Source: Anaeromyxobacteraceae bacterium (GTDB taxonomy: Bacteria > Myxococcota > Myxococcia > Myxococcales > Anaeromyxobacteraceae). From it: DNA of 64,000 bases. The translations under genes and the position numbers were made by a program. The notes under the pieces are model-generated. The model saw nothing but the letters and a program-made list of their open reading frames with translations, had not been told where the DNA came from and did no database searches. Below are positions 1 through 11,660 of the stretch, piece after piece. The number at the start of each line of letters is the position of its first letter. Positions within the stretch are counted from its first letter, which is position 1. The DNA lies in contig JAULAX010000002.1 of NCBI GenBank assembly GCA_032654565.1, forward strand, positions 1-64,000, in the 5' to 3' direction.

Positions 1-2697
<2,697 letters not shown>

Positions 2698-2704
2698 GGG
2701 CCGC

Positions 2705-4612
2705 CTACTTCATGAGGAGCTCGTGCGGAACTGGCGAGTTGACCGCGTCGGCCAGGATGGAGACGAAGGTGCACGGCTGGTCCCCGACCACCTTCCAGGC
2801 GTGCGGCGTGCCCCGCTGGATGACCACGTCGCCAGCGCGAACCACGGTCGAGCCGGTCTCGAGGATCAGCTCCATCGCGCCCGAGGTCACCACGATGACG
2901 TCGAGCGAGGCGCTGGTGTGCATGGGGTACCCGCCTCCCGGATCGTACCGGACTTCCTCGACCACGACCGACCCGCGGTGCGGCAGGAACTTCTCGCCCC
3001 GGCCGTACGAGGCCAGCTCCGGGCCAACCGGATCGCGTCGCTCGGCGAGGTCGAAGGGGACGGCCGGCAGGACCCAGAGCTCGTCGGCGGTGATGAACCT
3101 GGTGAAGGGCTCCTTCTCGATCTCCGCGGCGGAGGGAGTCCACCGGGCCCGCTCCGGGACGCGGCCGTCCAGCGCGACCGTCGACTTCCCCTTGGCGTCG
3201 AAGCCGGTCACCACGCGGCGGAAGCGCGAGGGCTGGAGCGGGGCCGCTGTCCTGGCCGGCGCGGTGGGCGGAGGTGGTCGGGCGACCACCAGGTCCTCGG
3301 GCAGCTGCGGGGGGAGCCAGGCCGCCTGGTAGGCGCGCCAGCGGTCTGCGGGGTCGGCCCCGCCCCTGGCGTCCACCCAGGCCCGCACCAGGTCGGCGCC
3401 GAGGTCGTAGCCCAGCGCATAGGCGCCCACCGTCCTCACGAACTTCACGGTGTCCTCCGCCACCTTGCGCGGGGAGAGGGCCTGCTCCTCCATCCACGCA
3501 ACGGCCGAGGCGTCGTCGAGCGCGCCTTCGTACAGCAGCCGGGCCACCTCAGCCTGGGCCCGGAGGTAGAGGCGGCGAAGGGCGTCGTTCGACCGGACGT
3601 AGCGCTCCGCGTCGGCCGGGTCCCGCCCGGCAAGCGGGAAGAGCACCCTCCGGTGGAGATCGATGCGCGCGTCGAGCGGCAGGGCCAGGTCGTGGCCGGC
3701 GCTCGCGTGCCCCTCGGCCAGGAAGGCCATCGGGGAGTAGGTCTGGTAGACCCTCAGCTCGAGGAGCCCCTCCGCGACCGTCAGCCGCTCCTCGGCCAGC
3801 ACGCCCTGGACGTGGTGCCCGGGATAGACCTCGTGGCACATGAAGTAGTCGGCGTCGCCGAGCTCGAACGGGGCCTCCACGTTGAGCTGGCCGTGTGTGT
3901 GTCCGCCACCCTTGTCCTCCGCGTAGAACCACCAGAACTTGTCTCGGACCTCCTCCACGCTGAACCGTTCGGCTGGAGGCAGGCGGACCTGCGCCACCGT
4001 CCGCCGGCGGCACTCGGCCTGGGCCGCCGCAAAGACGGGCGCCACCCTCTCCGGCGGAAGCCGGTATCGTTCGTGCTGTGCCGCGGCCCGCTCCCGCAAC
4101 GACCCGGCCCCGGGGAGCAGCGGTGCCAGCGCCTCCCGCCGCCGGCCCAGCTCGGCCAGGTCCACCCGGGGTGCGGCCACCCCGTAGAGGCGCCGAACCA
4201 GGTCGTCGTACCCCGGCCGGGTGCCGCCAAGCTGCTCGAGCCGGGTCTTGAGTGCACCGAGCTGGGAGCGGAGGTAACGGTGGCGCCAGCGCACCAGGGG
4301 CGGCGCGGCCGCGGGCGGATCACCGATGGTCCCGAGCAGGGCGTCGGCCCTGGTGACGAGCTCTGCCAGCGGCACCTTCTTCCGCCGCGCCTCCTCCCGC
4401 CAGGCGGGGTTCCCTGTGAAGTAGCCCACCAGGTCCTCGTCATGCTCGCCGGCCGCCAGCACGAGCCTGACGTAGGCCTCGGCCGCCGGGTCGAAGGCCG
4501 CGAGCCCCGGGGTCCGCGCCGAGGGCGAAGCAGGCGCGGTTCTCGCGGTCACCGCACAGCCGCAGGCGGCGGTGAGCATGGCGGCGACGGCCAGCCTGCG
4601 GGAGATCGACAT
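2705..4612 (-). CDS. Putative lipoprotein: DUF885-like zinc metallopeptidase domain fused to a C-terminal cupin domain
   Basis: GGAGG RBS before ATG 4612; signal peptide with Cys (MSISRRLAVAAMLTAACGC); HEVYPGHH motif; C-terminal RRVVTGFDAKGKS...MHTSASLDVIVVTSGAMEL...AGDVVIQRGTPHAW cupin signature. Confidence 0.75.
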   Translation of the reverse strand: MSISRRLAVAAMLTAACGCAVTARTAPASPSARTPGLAAFDPAAEAYVRLVLAAGEHDEDLVGYFTGNPAWREEARRKKVPLAELVTRADALLGTIGDPPAAAPPLVRWRHRYLRSQLGALKTRLEQLGGTRPGYDDLVRRLYGVAAPRVDLAELGRRREALAPLLPGAGSLRERAAAQHERYRLPPERVAPVFAAAQAECRRRTVAQVRLPPAERFSVEEVRDKFWWFYAEDKGGGHTHGQLNVEAPFELGDADYFMCHEVYPGHHVQGVLAEERLTVAEGLLELRVYQTYSPMAFLAEGHASAGHDLALPLDARIDLHRRVLFPLAGRDPADAERYVRSNDALRRLYLRAQAEVARLLYEGALDDASAVAWMEEQALSPRKVAEDTVKFVRTVGAYALGYDLGADLVRAWVDARGGADPADRWRAYQAAWLPPQLPEDLVVARPPPPTAPARTAAPLQPSRFRRVVTGFDAKGKSTVALDGRVPERARWTPSAAEIEKEPFTRFITADELWVLPAVPFDLAERRDPVGPELASYGRGEKFLPHRGSVVVEEVRYDPGGGYPMHTSASLDVIVVTSGAMELILETGSTVVRAGDVVIQRGTPHAWKVVGDQPCTFVSILADAVNSPVPHELLMK

Positions 4613-4686
4613 GACGCCTCCAGGTTCGAGCTGAGGGGGCGAGCGGAGCAGCCTGCCTCCGAGCACGGCAGAGCAGGTCCGATCGC

Positions 4687-6897
4687 TCATGGCACCCGGC
4701 ACTCCAGCTTCCGGCAGACCGCCCTCGCCTCGGCCAGGAGCGGAAGGTCCTGGTCGGCCTGCCTCCAGCGGGAGAGCTGGAGCTCCACGTACCTCCGCCC
4801 CTCCTCGCGCCGGCCGAGCGCATCGAGCGAGCGGGCCAGGTGGAGGCGGGCGCGGGCCTGGAGCCAGGGGTGGAAAAGGGCGTCGCCCCAGAAGAGCATC
4901 GGCTTCTCGAAGCGGCGGAGCGCCTCCACCGCCTCTTCGTGGTGCCCCGCCTCGGCGGCCAGCGCGCCCCGGTAGTACGGGACGAGCCAGCCCGCCGGCC
5001 GGTCGAGCGCCCGGAGGACCGCCAGCGCCTCGCCGCGCCGCCCCTGGCGCCACGCCAGCAGCGCCCCGGCGACCTGACCGCCAACTCCCCCGGGCACGAA
5101 GGATCCCTGGATGGCGACGAGCTTCGCATCGTCGCCCGCCTCGAAGTGACGCGGCATGTCCAGGGTCGGGGCCATGTCGCGCCCGGGCCAGGCGCGCCGC
5201 GAACCCTCCGGATCGCCGGCGGCCGCCAGGGTGATCGAGCGCATGGTCCTCATCTGGTCGGCGTCGGCGTCCGGGTGGCTGGCCGCACGCTCCAGGGCGG
5301 CGGCCGCCTCGCGCCGCCGGCCCGCGTAGGAGAGCGCCACCGCCTTGGACAGGCCGTAGAAGTAGTGGTCGACGCCCTGGAGTGGCTGGAGCGCCTCGGC
5401 GAACCGGCCGCTCGCCGCCAGCGCTTGGGAGCGGACCCAGTCCGAGATCGGATCTCCACCCGCGGTCGCCAGGTCCGCGTTCGCCCCGGCGAGGTCGCCG
5501 GCCACCGCCCTGGCCACCCCCACCAGGATCGCGGTGACCGGGGAGCGCTCCCGCCCGGCCACCTCCAGCGCCAGGGCCAGGCCGGCCTGCGGCCGCCCGA
5601 GGACCTGGAGCGCCGTGATCTGCTCCAGCCGGATGGTGTGGTCGTCGGGCCTGGCGCGGAGGATCCCTTCGACGAGGCGGAGGTCGGCCGCATAGTCGCC
5701 GCAGAAGGAGAGGATGCCCGTGGCCAGGTAGGCGACGTCCGGGTCCTCCGGGTAGCGGGCCAGGAGCGCTTGGACCTCCCGCAGGGCCTCGTCGAACCGG
5801 GAGCCGAGGAAGGCGTCCAGGGCCCGGATGAGCCCGGCCTCCTTGGCCGGCGCGTGGGCCCCGTTGCGGACCGCGTCGCGGATGACATGCTTCTCCCGGG
5901 CGGCGTACTGGAAGCCCAGGTAGGCGATCTCGAACTGGGCGAGCGCGAAGCGCGGCTCGAGCTTCACCGCCTCCAGGAACGCGGTTTGGGCACGTCCGCT
6001 GTCGAGCCGCGCCAGCGCCTCTTTCCCCCGGAAGTAGTGGCGGTAGGCCTCCAGGCTCGGGGTGATGGCCTGGGCCACCTTGATGTCGGCGACCGCCACG
6101 TCGCGCGCCTCCTCGCGCAGCCCGAGCCGCACCCGGTCGGAGAGCCGGTCGATGAGCGGCAGGAGTTCATCCTTGGTGCGGGCCTGCTCGCGGAAGGTGA
6201 AGAGGTACTCGTCCTTCTCGGGGTCGATCGCCTGGAGCTCGGCGGTGTAGATCTCCCCCAGCTTGCGGATCGAGGCGACGAGAAGCGCGCGCACGCCGGC
6301 CTTTCGACCGACTTCGCGCGCCAGCGCCTCGTCGATCCGGGGCGCGGCCTCCTTGCCGAGCTGCCGCGTGAGATCGAGCATCCGGGCCCGCGTCACAACC
6401 CGGAGCCTCCTCGACTGCTCCAGCGAGGTGATGAGCAGGCCGGAGAGCCCATCCAGGTCCGGATCGCGGGTCTCGTTGGTGAAGTCGGCCACCGCCACCG
6501 AGGTGCGGCCGTCGGCGTCGGGCGGCGGCAGGGTGGGCCTGAGCGCCAGCCAGCTGAGCAGCGCGCCGAGGCCTGCGGCGCTGAGGACCACGCTCACCTG
6601 CGCCAGCCGCGACGACCGGGGGGCGCCGTCCGCGGGAGCGGCGTCGGTCCGGACGATGCCCCGCCGCGTCAGGTCGAAGGCCCAGGAGAGGGCGGCGGTG
6701 AGCGGGAAGCCGAGGCCGAGCAGCACCACCAGGCCGGTGAGCCACGAATCGGGCAGCTTGAGGGCGTGGAGGATCGGCTCGCTCACCTGCAGCACGGCGA
6801 AGGCGACGACCGCGTAGGCCACCACCGCCCGCACCACCCCGCGCCGGCGCAGCTCGGCCAGCAGTCCCGTCTCGGTAGTTGGGCTGACCTCCGCCAT
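4687..6897 (-). CDS. Membrane-anchored TolB-like/FlgO-domain tetratricopeptide repeat protein
   Basis: N-terminal TM region (ELRRRGVVRAVVAYAVVAFAVLQV...GFPLTAALSWAFDLT), SVAVADFTNET domain, AYRHYFRG...EPRFALA TPR region. Confidence 0.8.
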   Translation of the reverse strand: MAEVSPTTETGLLAELRRRGVVRAVVAYAVVAFAVLQVSEPILHALKLPDSWLTGLVVLLGLGFPLTAALSWAFDLTRRGIVRTDAAPADGAPRSSRLAQVSVVLSAAGLGALLSWLALRPTLPPPDADGRTSVAVADFTNETRDPDLDGLSGLLITSLEQSRRLRVVTRARMLDLTRQLGKEAAPRIDEALAREVGRKAGVRALLVASIRKLGEIYTAELQAIDPEKDEYLFTFREQARTKDELLPLIDRLSDRVRLGLREEARDVAVADIKVAQAITPSLEAYRHYFRGKEALARLDSGRAQTAFLEAVKLEPRFALAQFEIAYLGFQYAAREKHVIRDAVRNGAHAPAKEAGLIRALDAFLGSRFDEALREVQALLARYPEDPDVAYLATGILSFCGDYAADLRLVEGILRARPDDHTIRLEQITALQVLGRPQAGLALALEVAGRERSPVTAILVGVARAVAGDLAGANADLATAGGDPISDWVRSQALAASGRFAEALQPLQGVDHYFYGLSKAVALSYAGRRREAAAALERAASHPDADADQMRTMRSITLAAAGDPEGSRRAWPGRDMAPTLDMPRHFEAGDDAKLVAIQGSFVPGGVGGQVAGALLAWRQGRRGEALAVLRALDRPAGWLVPYYRGALAAEAGHHEEAVEALRRFEKPMLFWGDALFHPWLQARARLHLARSLDALGRREEGRRYVELQLSRWRQADQDLPLLAEARAVCRKLECRVP

Positions 6898-6966
6898 CCG
6901 GGCCCCTCCAGCCGTCACGATCCGTCACGCCAGCCTAGCAGGCGGCGCGCGGCACCGCGACGGCAT

Positions 6967-7587
6967 TCAGGGACCGGACCCCCGCAGCGCCTCGAGCTCG
7001 GCCTCCAACTCGGCGATGCGCGCATCGCGCTTCGCCAGCGCCTTCTCGACGTCCTCGGCCTCGAGCCGCAGCGGGATGTGCTGCGGGCAGTTGGCGTCCC
7101 AGGCGGTGACGTGGATGACGATAGCCCGCTCCGGCCGGGCCTTGTACCCCTGCGGCGCCAGGCGAGCCACCAGCGCGGCGTCGTCCTCCACCACCTCCGC
7201 CTCGCCCCAGATCTTCACCCGCCGGCGGTGGACGTAGTCGATGAGGAAGAGGTGCACGCGCGGGTTCTCGGAGAGGTTCCCCAGGCTGATGTACTGCCGG
7301 TTCCCCTTGAAGTCGGCGAACGCCAGGGTCCGCGGGTCGAGCACCCGCAGGAAGCCGGGCGGGCCGCCGCGGTGCTGGATGTAGGGCTGGCCGGCGGCGC
7401 TGGCGGTGGCCAGGAAGAGGCTGCGCTGCTCGGCGATGAAGGCGGCCAGGTCGTCGTCGATCTCGGTGGCGAAGCCTCCCTCGCGCTCCAGCTGCGCGTA
7501 GGCGCCGCGCGAACCGAGCCGCTCCTGGATCGCCTTGACCGGCGCGGTGAAGGCGACGTCGGTCGACGGGCGCCGGGTGGAAGGCAT
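6967..7587 (-). CDS. Pyridoxamine 5'-phosphate oxidase family (FMN-binding) protein
   Basis: DVAFTAPVKAIQERLGSR, FLATASAAGQPYIQHRGGPPGF, ADFKGNRQYISLGNL and WDANCPQHIP motifs; GAGGAG RBS. Confidence 0.9.
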   Translation of the reverse strand: MPSTRRPSTDVAFTAPVKAIQERLGSRGAYAQLEREGGFATEIDDDLAAFIAEQRSLFLATASAAGQPYIQHRGGPPGFLRVLDPRTLAFADFKGNRQYISLGNLSENPRVHLFLIDYVHRRRVKIWGEAEVVEDDAALVARLAPQGYKARPERAIVIHVTAWDANCPQHIPLRLEAEDVEKALAKRDARIAELEAELEALRGSGP

Positions 7588-7714
7588 GCGAGGCTCCTCT
7601 CCACCCATCTGGTTAACCGGGGCCTGTGCCGGTCGCCACGCCCCTGGGTCGATCCCTTCCGGACTGGTCCTGTTGACGACCCGGCGCCGACGCGCTCCAC
7701 GACTTCCCGGGTTG

Positions 7715-7728
7715 ATCGACCGGTCGGT
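7715..7728. promoter_or_regulatory. Possible TetR-type palindromic operator between divergent genes
   Basis: ATCGACCGGTCGGT with a perfect 10-bp core CGACCGGTCG; GC-rich, so it could be chance. Confidence 0.25.
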
Positions 7729-7806
7729 GGTCCGCCCGCCAGCGTGGACGGAACCGACCAGCTTCGAGGCCCGGTCCGCCCGCCGCCGGGTATGCTGCGG
7801 ACCCCC

Positions 7807-8601
7807 ATGCCCGACCTCTCCCCCCTCACCATCGCCGCGCTGGCCGGCGTCGCCTTCTGCGCCGGCCTGGTCGACGCCATCGCCGGCGGCGGCGGGCTGC
7901 TGACCGTACCGGCGCTGCTGGCGGCCGGGCTGCCGCCCCACCTGGCGCTGGGCACCAACAAGGGTCAGTCGGTCTTCGGCTCGGGCGCCGCCATGGCCGG
8001 CTTCTGGCGGGCGGGGCTCATCGATCCCGCCCGGGCCCGGGTCGGCTTCCCGCTCGGCCTGGCCGGTTCCCTCGGCGGCGCCGCGCTGGTGCTGGCGGTC
8101 CCGGCCGCCAGCCTCAAGCCCATCGTGCTGGTGCTGCTGGCCGGCGCCGCCCTCTTCATCGGCCTGCGCCGCTCGCCGGCCGCGGCGGTGACGGCTCCTC
8201 CCCACGCGGCGCCGAACCACACCGCGCCCAACCGGGCCACCGCCCGCCCGCTCCTGGCCGGCCTGATCGCCCTGGTCATCGGCGCCTACGACGGCTTCTT
8301 CGGCCCCGGCACCGGCACCTTCCTGATCGTCGCCTTCGTGGCCCTGCTCGGCGACGGGCTGGCGCGCGCCTCGGCCAGCGCCAAGGTGGTCAACTTCGCC
8401 TCCAACCTGGCCGCCCTGGCCCTCTTCGCCTGGCGCGGCGTGGTGGTCTGGCCGGTGGCCATCCCCATGGCCGTGGGCCAGCTCTGCGGCGGCTGGATCG
8501 GCGCCCACCTGGCGGTCCGCCGCGGCGACGCCCTGGTGCGGCGGGTGGCGGTGGTCTCGGCCCTGGCGCTGGCGGTCAAGCTGGCGCTCGACCTGCGGTA
8601 G
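7807..8601 (+). CDS. Sulfite exporter TauE/SafE family protein (YfcA-like)
   Basis: AGLVDAIAGGGGLLTVPALL, ALGTNKGQS, GAYDGFFGPGTGTF and AKVVNFASN motifs. Confidence 0.92.
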   Translation: MPDLSPLTIAALAGVAFCAGLVDAIAGGGGLLTVPALLAAGLPPHLALGTNKGQSVFGSGAAMAGFWRAGLIDPARARVGFPLGLAGSLGGAALVLAVPAASLKPIVLVLLAGAALFIGLRRSPAAAVTAPPHAAPNHTAPNRATARPLLAGLIALVIGAYDGFFGPGTGTFLIVAFVALLGDGLARASASAKVVNFASNLAALALFAWRGVVVWPVAIPMAVGQLCGGWIGAHLAVRRGDALVRRVAVVSALALAVKLALDLR

Positions 8602-8645
8602 GCGGCGGGTGGGCGGCGCCGCGATGGGCCCAACCAGTGCGGCCC

Positions 8646-9916
8646 CTACCTGGTCGCGGCCCGGCTCGCGTACCGGCCGACCACCCGCGCCCCGAAGCGG
8701 CGCCTCGCCGCGAGCGGCATAATCCGCAGACCACGCGGAGATTCTCCACCGTGGAGGGGCCCCACTCCGCCCACGGGATGAGGTGGTCCAGCTCCAGCCG
8801 GTGGGTCGAGCCGCAGCACCCTCCGCCGTCGAGCGGCCAGCTGCATCGGCCGTCATCGCGCGCCCAGACGGCGCGGCGGACGGCGGCGGGGATGGGTTCG
8901 CGAGGGCCGGTGCGGCGAGGTGGGGGTGGTGCGGGGGTGGGCGGCTCCGCGGTCGCCGGCTCCGTTGCGTCCACGACGTGCGCTTTCGGGCGAGCTGCCG
9001 CCGTGGTGGCCAGCGTTGTCCGCGGCTTCTTCACCTGCCCACGTGCCCTGGCCTGCTTCTCAAGGAGCAGGTCGAGCGCCGCCTCGAGCACCTGCTCCAT
9101 GGTGGCGCCCGGGATGGCGTGGGAGAGGCCGTCGCGGGCGGCCGCGAGCTTCTGCACCACCCGCTTGCCGACATTGAAGTGGACCCGGCGGATTTCCGCG
9201 GTGAGCGGCTCGATCTCGTCGCGCCGGGTCACGTGGCGGTCGAGGCCAGACTCGGCGCCTCCCCCATTCGCGAAGTCTGACGTCAGAACTCGCGAAAGAG
9301 GGGCCTCGGTCGGGTGCGTGCCGGACGGCGGCGGTGAGCCGAACGGCGGAGCAGACGCGGACGGGAAGGCAAGCGTGAGTGGGGGCCGCGCGGTGCAGGC
9401 TGCTGGCGCCACCGATCGGTCGAGCACCCTGGTCACCACCATCCTGGTGGATGGGACCTCGCGCGGCTGGAGCTCGGCGACCAGCTCCTGGGCATCACGG
9501 GCCGAGAGTCCGAAGAAGCGCGGCGTGACGACGGCCCGGTTCTCCTCGGTCAGCACCTTGGCCAGTTCGGCGATCGAGGAGAGACACAGGCGGCCTTCCC
9601 GGAGCGGCTCGATCACCTCGGGGAAATCCTGGAGCAACTCGGCTGCGCTCTTCCGGTAGAAGGCCGCGCTCTTCGAGAGCCGCAGCTCGACGTGGAGGAA
9701 GGCGAAGAGGTTGGCGTGACCGAGCGGCTCCCAGCCGCGCCGCCGGTCGAAGTCAGCCAGGGCGACGAGGAAGTCGGCCATGGCAGCCTGCTCCCGGCGC
9801 AGGAGGGATTTGAGCGCGTCGCGGAGCTGTCGTGCTTCCAGGAGTTCGAGGGCGAGGGTAGCCGCTCCGTGGAACGAAGCCGCGGCCGAGGACAGGGTCG
9901 GTTGCGCGTTGATCAT
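8646..9916 (-). pseudogene. DUF222-like/HNH endonuclease gene, copy 1; frameshifted within the HNH motif
   Basis: IPAAVRRAVWARDDGRCSWP...CGSTHRLELDHLIPWAEWGPSTVENLRVVC. After VVCG there are 8 nt where copy 2 has 12 nt (RHNA); the homologous tail LAARRRFGARVVGRYA continues in another frame to the stop at 8646. Confidence 0.8.
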
Positions 9917-9997
9917 TCACGGAACGTCTCACGCCGGTCTGACATTTCCGGGATGATGAGGGTGCAGGGAACCCAACGGGGACGCGGGTTTCATGGG
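9917..9997 (-). promoter_or_regulatory. Conserved leader of the HNH gene family, with a TGTCAG-N10-GAnnnT leaderless promoter candidate
   Basis: Shares GAAACCC..TTGGGTTCC and CCGGAAATGTCAGACCGGCGTGAGACG..GTGA-ATG with 49665-49745. Confidence 0.65.
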
Positions 9998-10260
9998 GGC
10001 TTCCTCCGCCGAGCCATCTGTCCCCCGTCCCACTTCCCCGCGCCTCCCCGGACCTGCAAGGAGTCGCTCGCCACCCGCCCAACCGCCCCACCTTCCCTTC
10101 GCGACAGCCTTGCGCCACCTCCATGAACCCGGCTCCTGACTGCGACCCGTTAGCGCGGCGATTCCGCGCGCGCCGGCTCATCACCCCCAGAGCAGTTCCC
10201 CCCCGGCCGCCACCGCTGCTATCGTGCGCCGTCCCGCCCGCCCGAGGAGCCCGCCGACTC

Positions 10261-11535
10261 ATGTCTCGAACCGTCACCGCAGAGGAAGCCGTCGCCGTCA
10301 TCAAGTCGGGGGACCGGGTCTTCGTCCACAGCGTCGCCGCCGCGCCGCAGCGGCTCATCGCCGCCATGACCGCCCGGGCCGGCGAGCTGCGCGTCGTCGA
10401 GGTGGTCCACATCCACACCCTGGGCCCCGCCCCGTACGCCGCCCCGGAGCTGGCCCGGAGCTTCCGCGTCAACGCCCTCTTCGTCGGCCCCAACCTGCGG
10501 CAGGCCGTCAACGAGGGGCGGGCCGACTACCTGCCGGTCTTCCTCTCCGAGGTGCCCCAGCTCTTCAGGGCCGGGGTGCTGCCGCTCGACGTGGCCCTGG
10601 TCCAGGTCTCGCCGCCCGACCGCCACGGCTTCTGCTCGCTGGGGGTCTCGGTGGACGTCACCCGCGCCGCGGTGCAGGTGGCCACGATCGTCATCGCCCA
10701 GGTCAACCCCAACATGCCGCGCACCCACGGCGACGGCATCGTCCACCAGGACGACATCGACTTCCTGGTGCCGGTCACCGATCCCATCCCCGAGGCCCCC
10801 ACCCACCCGCTCACCGACGTGGAGCAGGCCATCGGCCTCCACTGCGCCGAGCTGGTCGAGGACGGCGCCTGCCTGCAGCTGGGCATCGGCGCCATCCCCC
10901 ACGCCACGCTGATCGGCCTGCGCGACCACCGCCGCCTGGGGATGCACACCGAGATGCTCACCGACGGCGTGGTCGACCTGATCGAGCGCGGCGTCATCAC
11001 CGGCGAGGCCAAGCAGGTCTACCCGGGCAAGGTGGTGTCCGGCTTCGCGCTGGGCAGCCGCAGGCTCTACGACTTCCTCGACGACAACCCGCAGGTGGCG
11101 ATGCTCGACATCGCCTACATCAACGACACCGCGGTGATCCGGCGCAACCACAAGGTCACGGCCATCAACAGCGCCATCGAGGTCGACCTGACCGGCCAGG
11201 TGTGCGCCGACTCCATCGGCGACCAGCTCTACTCCGGCGTCGGCGGCCAGATGGACTTCATGCGCGGCGCCGCCCTCTCCGAGGGGGGCAAGCCCATCAT
11301 CGCCCTCCCCTCCACCACCTCCCTGGGCGAGTCGCGCATCGTCTCCTACCTCAAGCCCGGGGCCGGGGTGGTCTCGACGCGGGCCCACGTCCACTACGTG
11401 GTCACCGAGCACGGCATCGCCGACCTGTGGGGCAAGAACCTGCGCCAGCGGGCCGCGGCGCTCATCGCCATCGCCCACCCGTCCCACCGCGACGCCCTCA
11501 CCGCCGAGGCGCGCCGACGCTTCGGGACCTGGTAG
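10261..11535 (+). CDS. Acetyl-CoA hydrolase/transferase family protein (4-hydroxybutyrate CoA-transferase-like)
   Basis: IKSGDRVFVHS, VSPPDRHGFCSLGVSVD, LQLGIGAIP, HTEM and SGVGGQMDFMRGA motifs. Confidence 0.93.
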   Translation: MSRTVTAEEAVAVIKSGDRVFVHSVAAAPQRLIAAMTARAGELRVVEVVHIHTLGPAPYAAPELARSFRVNALFVGPNLRQAVNEGRADYLPVFLSEVPQLFRAGVLPLDVALVQVSPPDRHGFCSLGVSVDVTRAAVQVATIVIAQVNPNMPRTHGDGIVHQDDIDFLVPVTDPIPEAPTHPLTDVEQAIGLHCAELVEDGACLQLGIGAIPHATLIGLRDHRRLGMHTEMLTDGVVDLIERGVITGEAKQVYPGKVVSGFALGSRRLYDFLDDNPQVAMLDIAYINDTAVIRRNHKVTAINSAIEVDLTGQVCADSIGDQLYSGVGGQMDFMRGAALSEGGKPIIALPSTTSLGESRIVSYLKPGAGVVSTRAHVHYVVTEHGIADLWGKNLRQRAAALIAIAHPSHRDALTAEARRRFGTW

Positions 11536-11660
11536 GGCCCACCCGGGGACCGCGCTCGGGCGTAGGCCGTACGAGGTAGGACGGATCCGATCCGCGGTGA
11601 CAGGATGTGCTCTCCGCGTGAAGAGGCCGGGCGATCCTCCCGGCACGGAGGGGAGAGCCC

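Noticed and set aside
8576..9916. IscB/Cas9-like or IS200/IS605 nuclease
   Set aside because: No RuvC motifs, PLMP N-terminus or tnpA seen; the architecture is a DUF222-like region plus a C-terminal HNH.
11603..11613. GGATGTGCTCT matching the MITE terminus
   Set aside because: Isolated 11-mer with no internal MITE sequence and no CTAG; compatible with chance.
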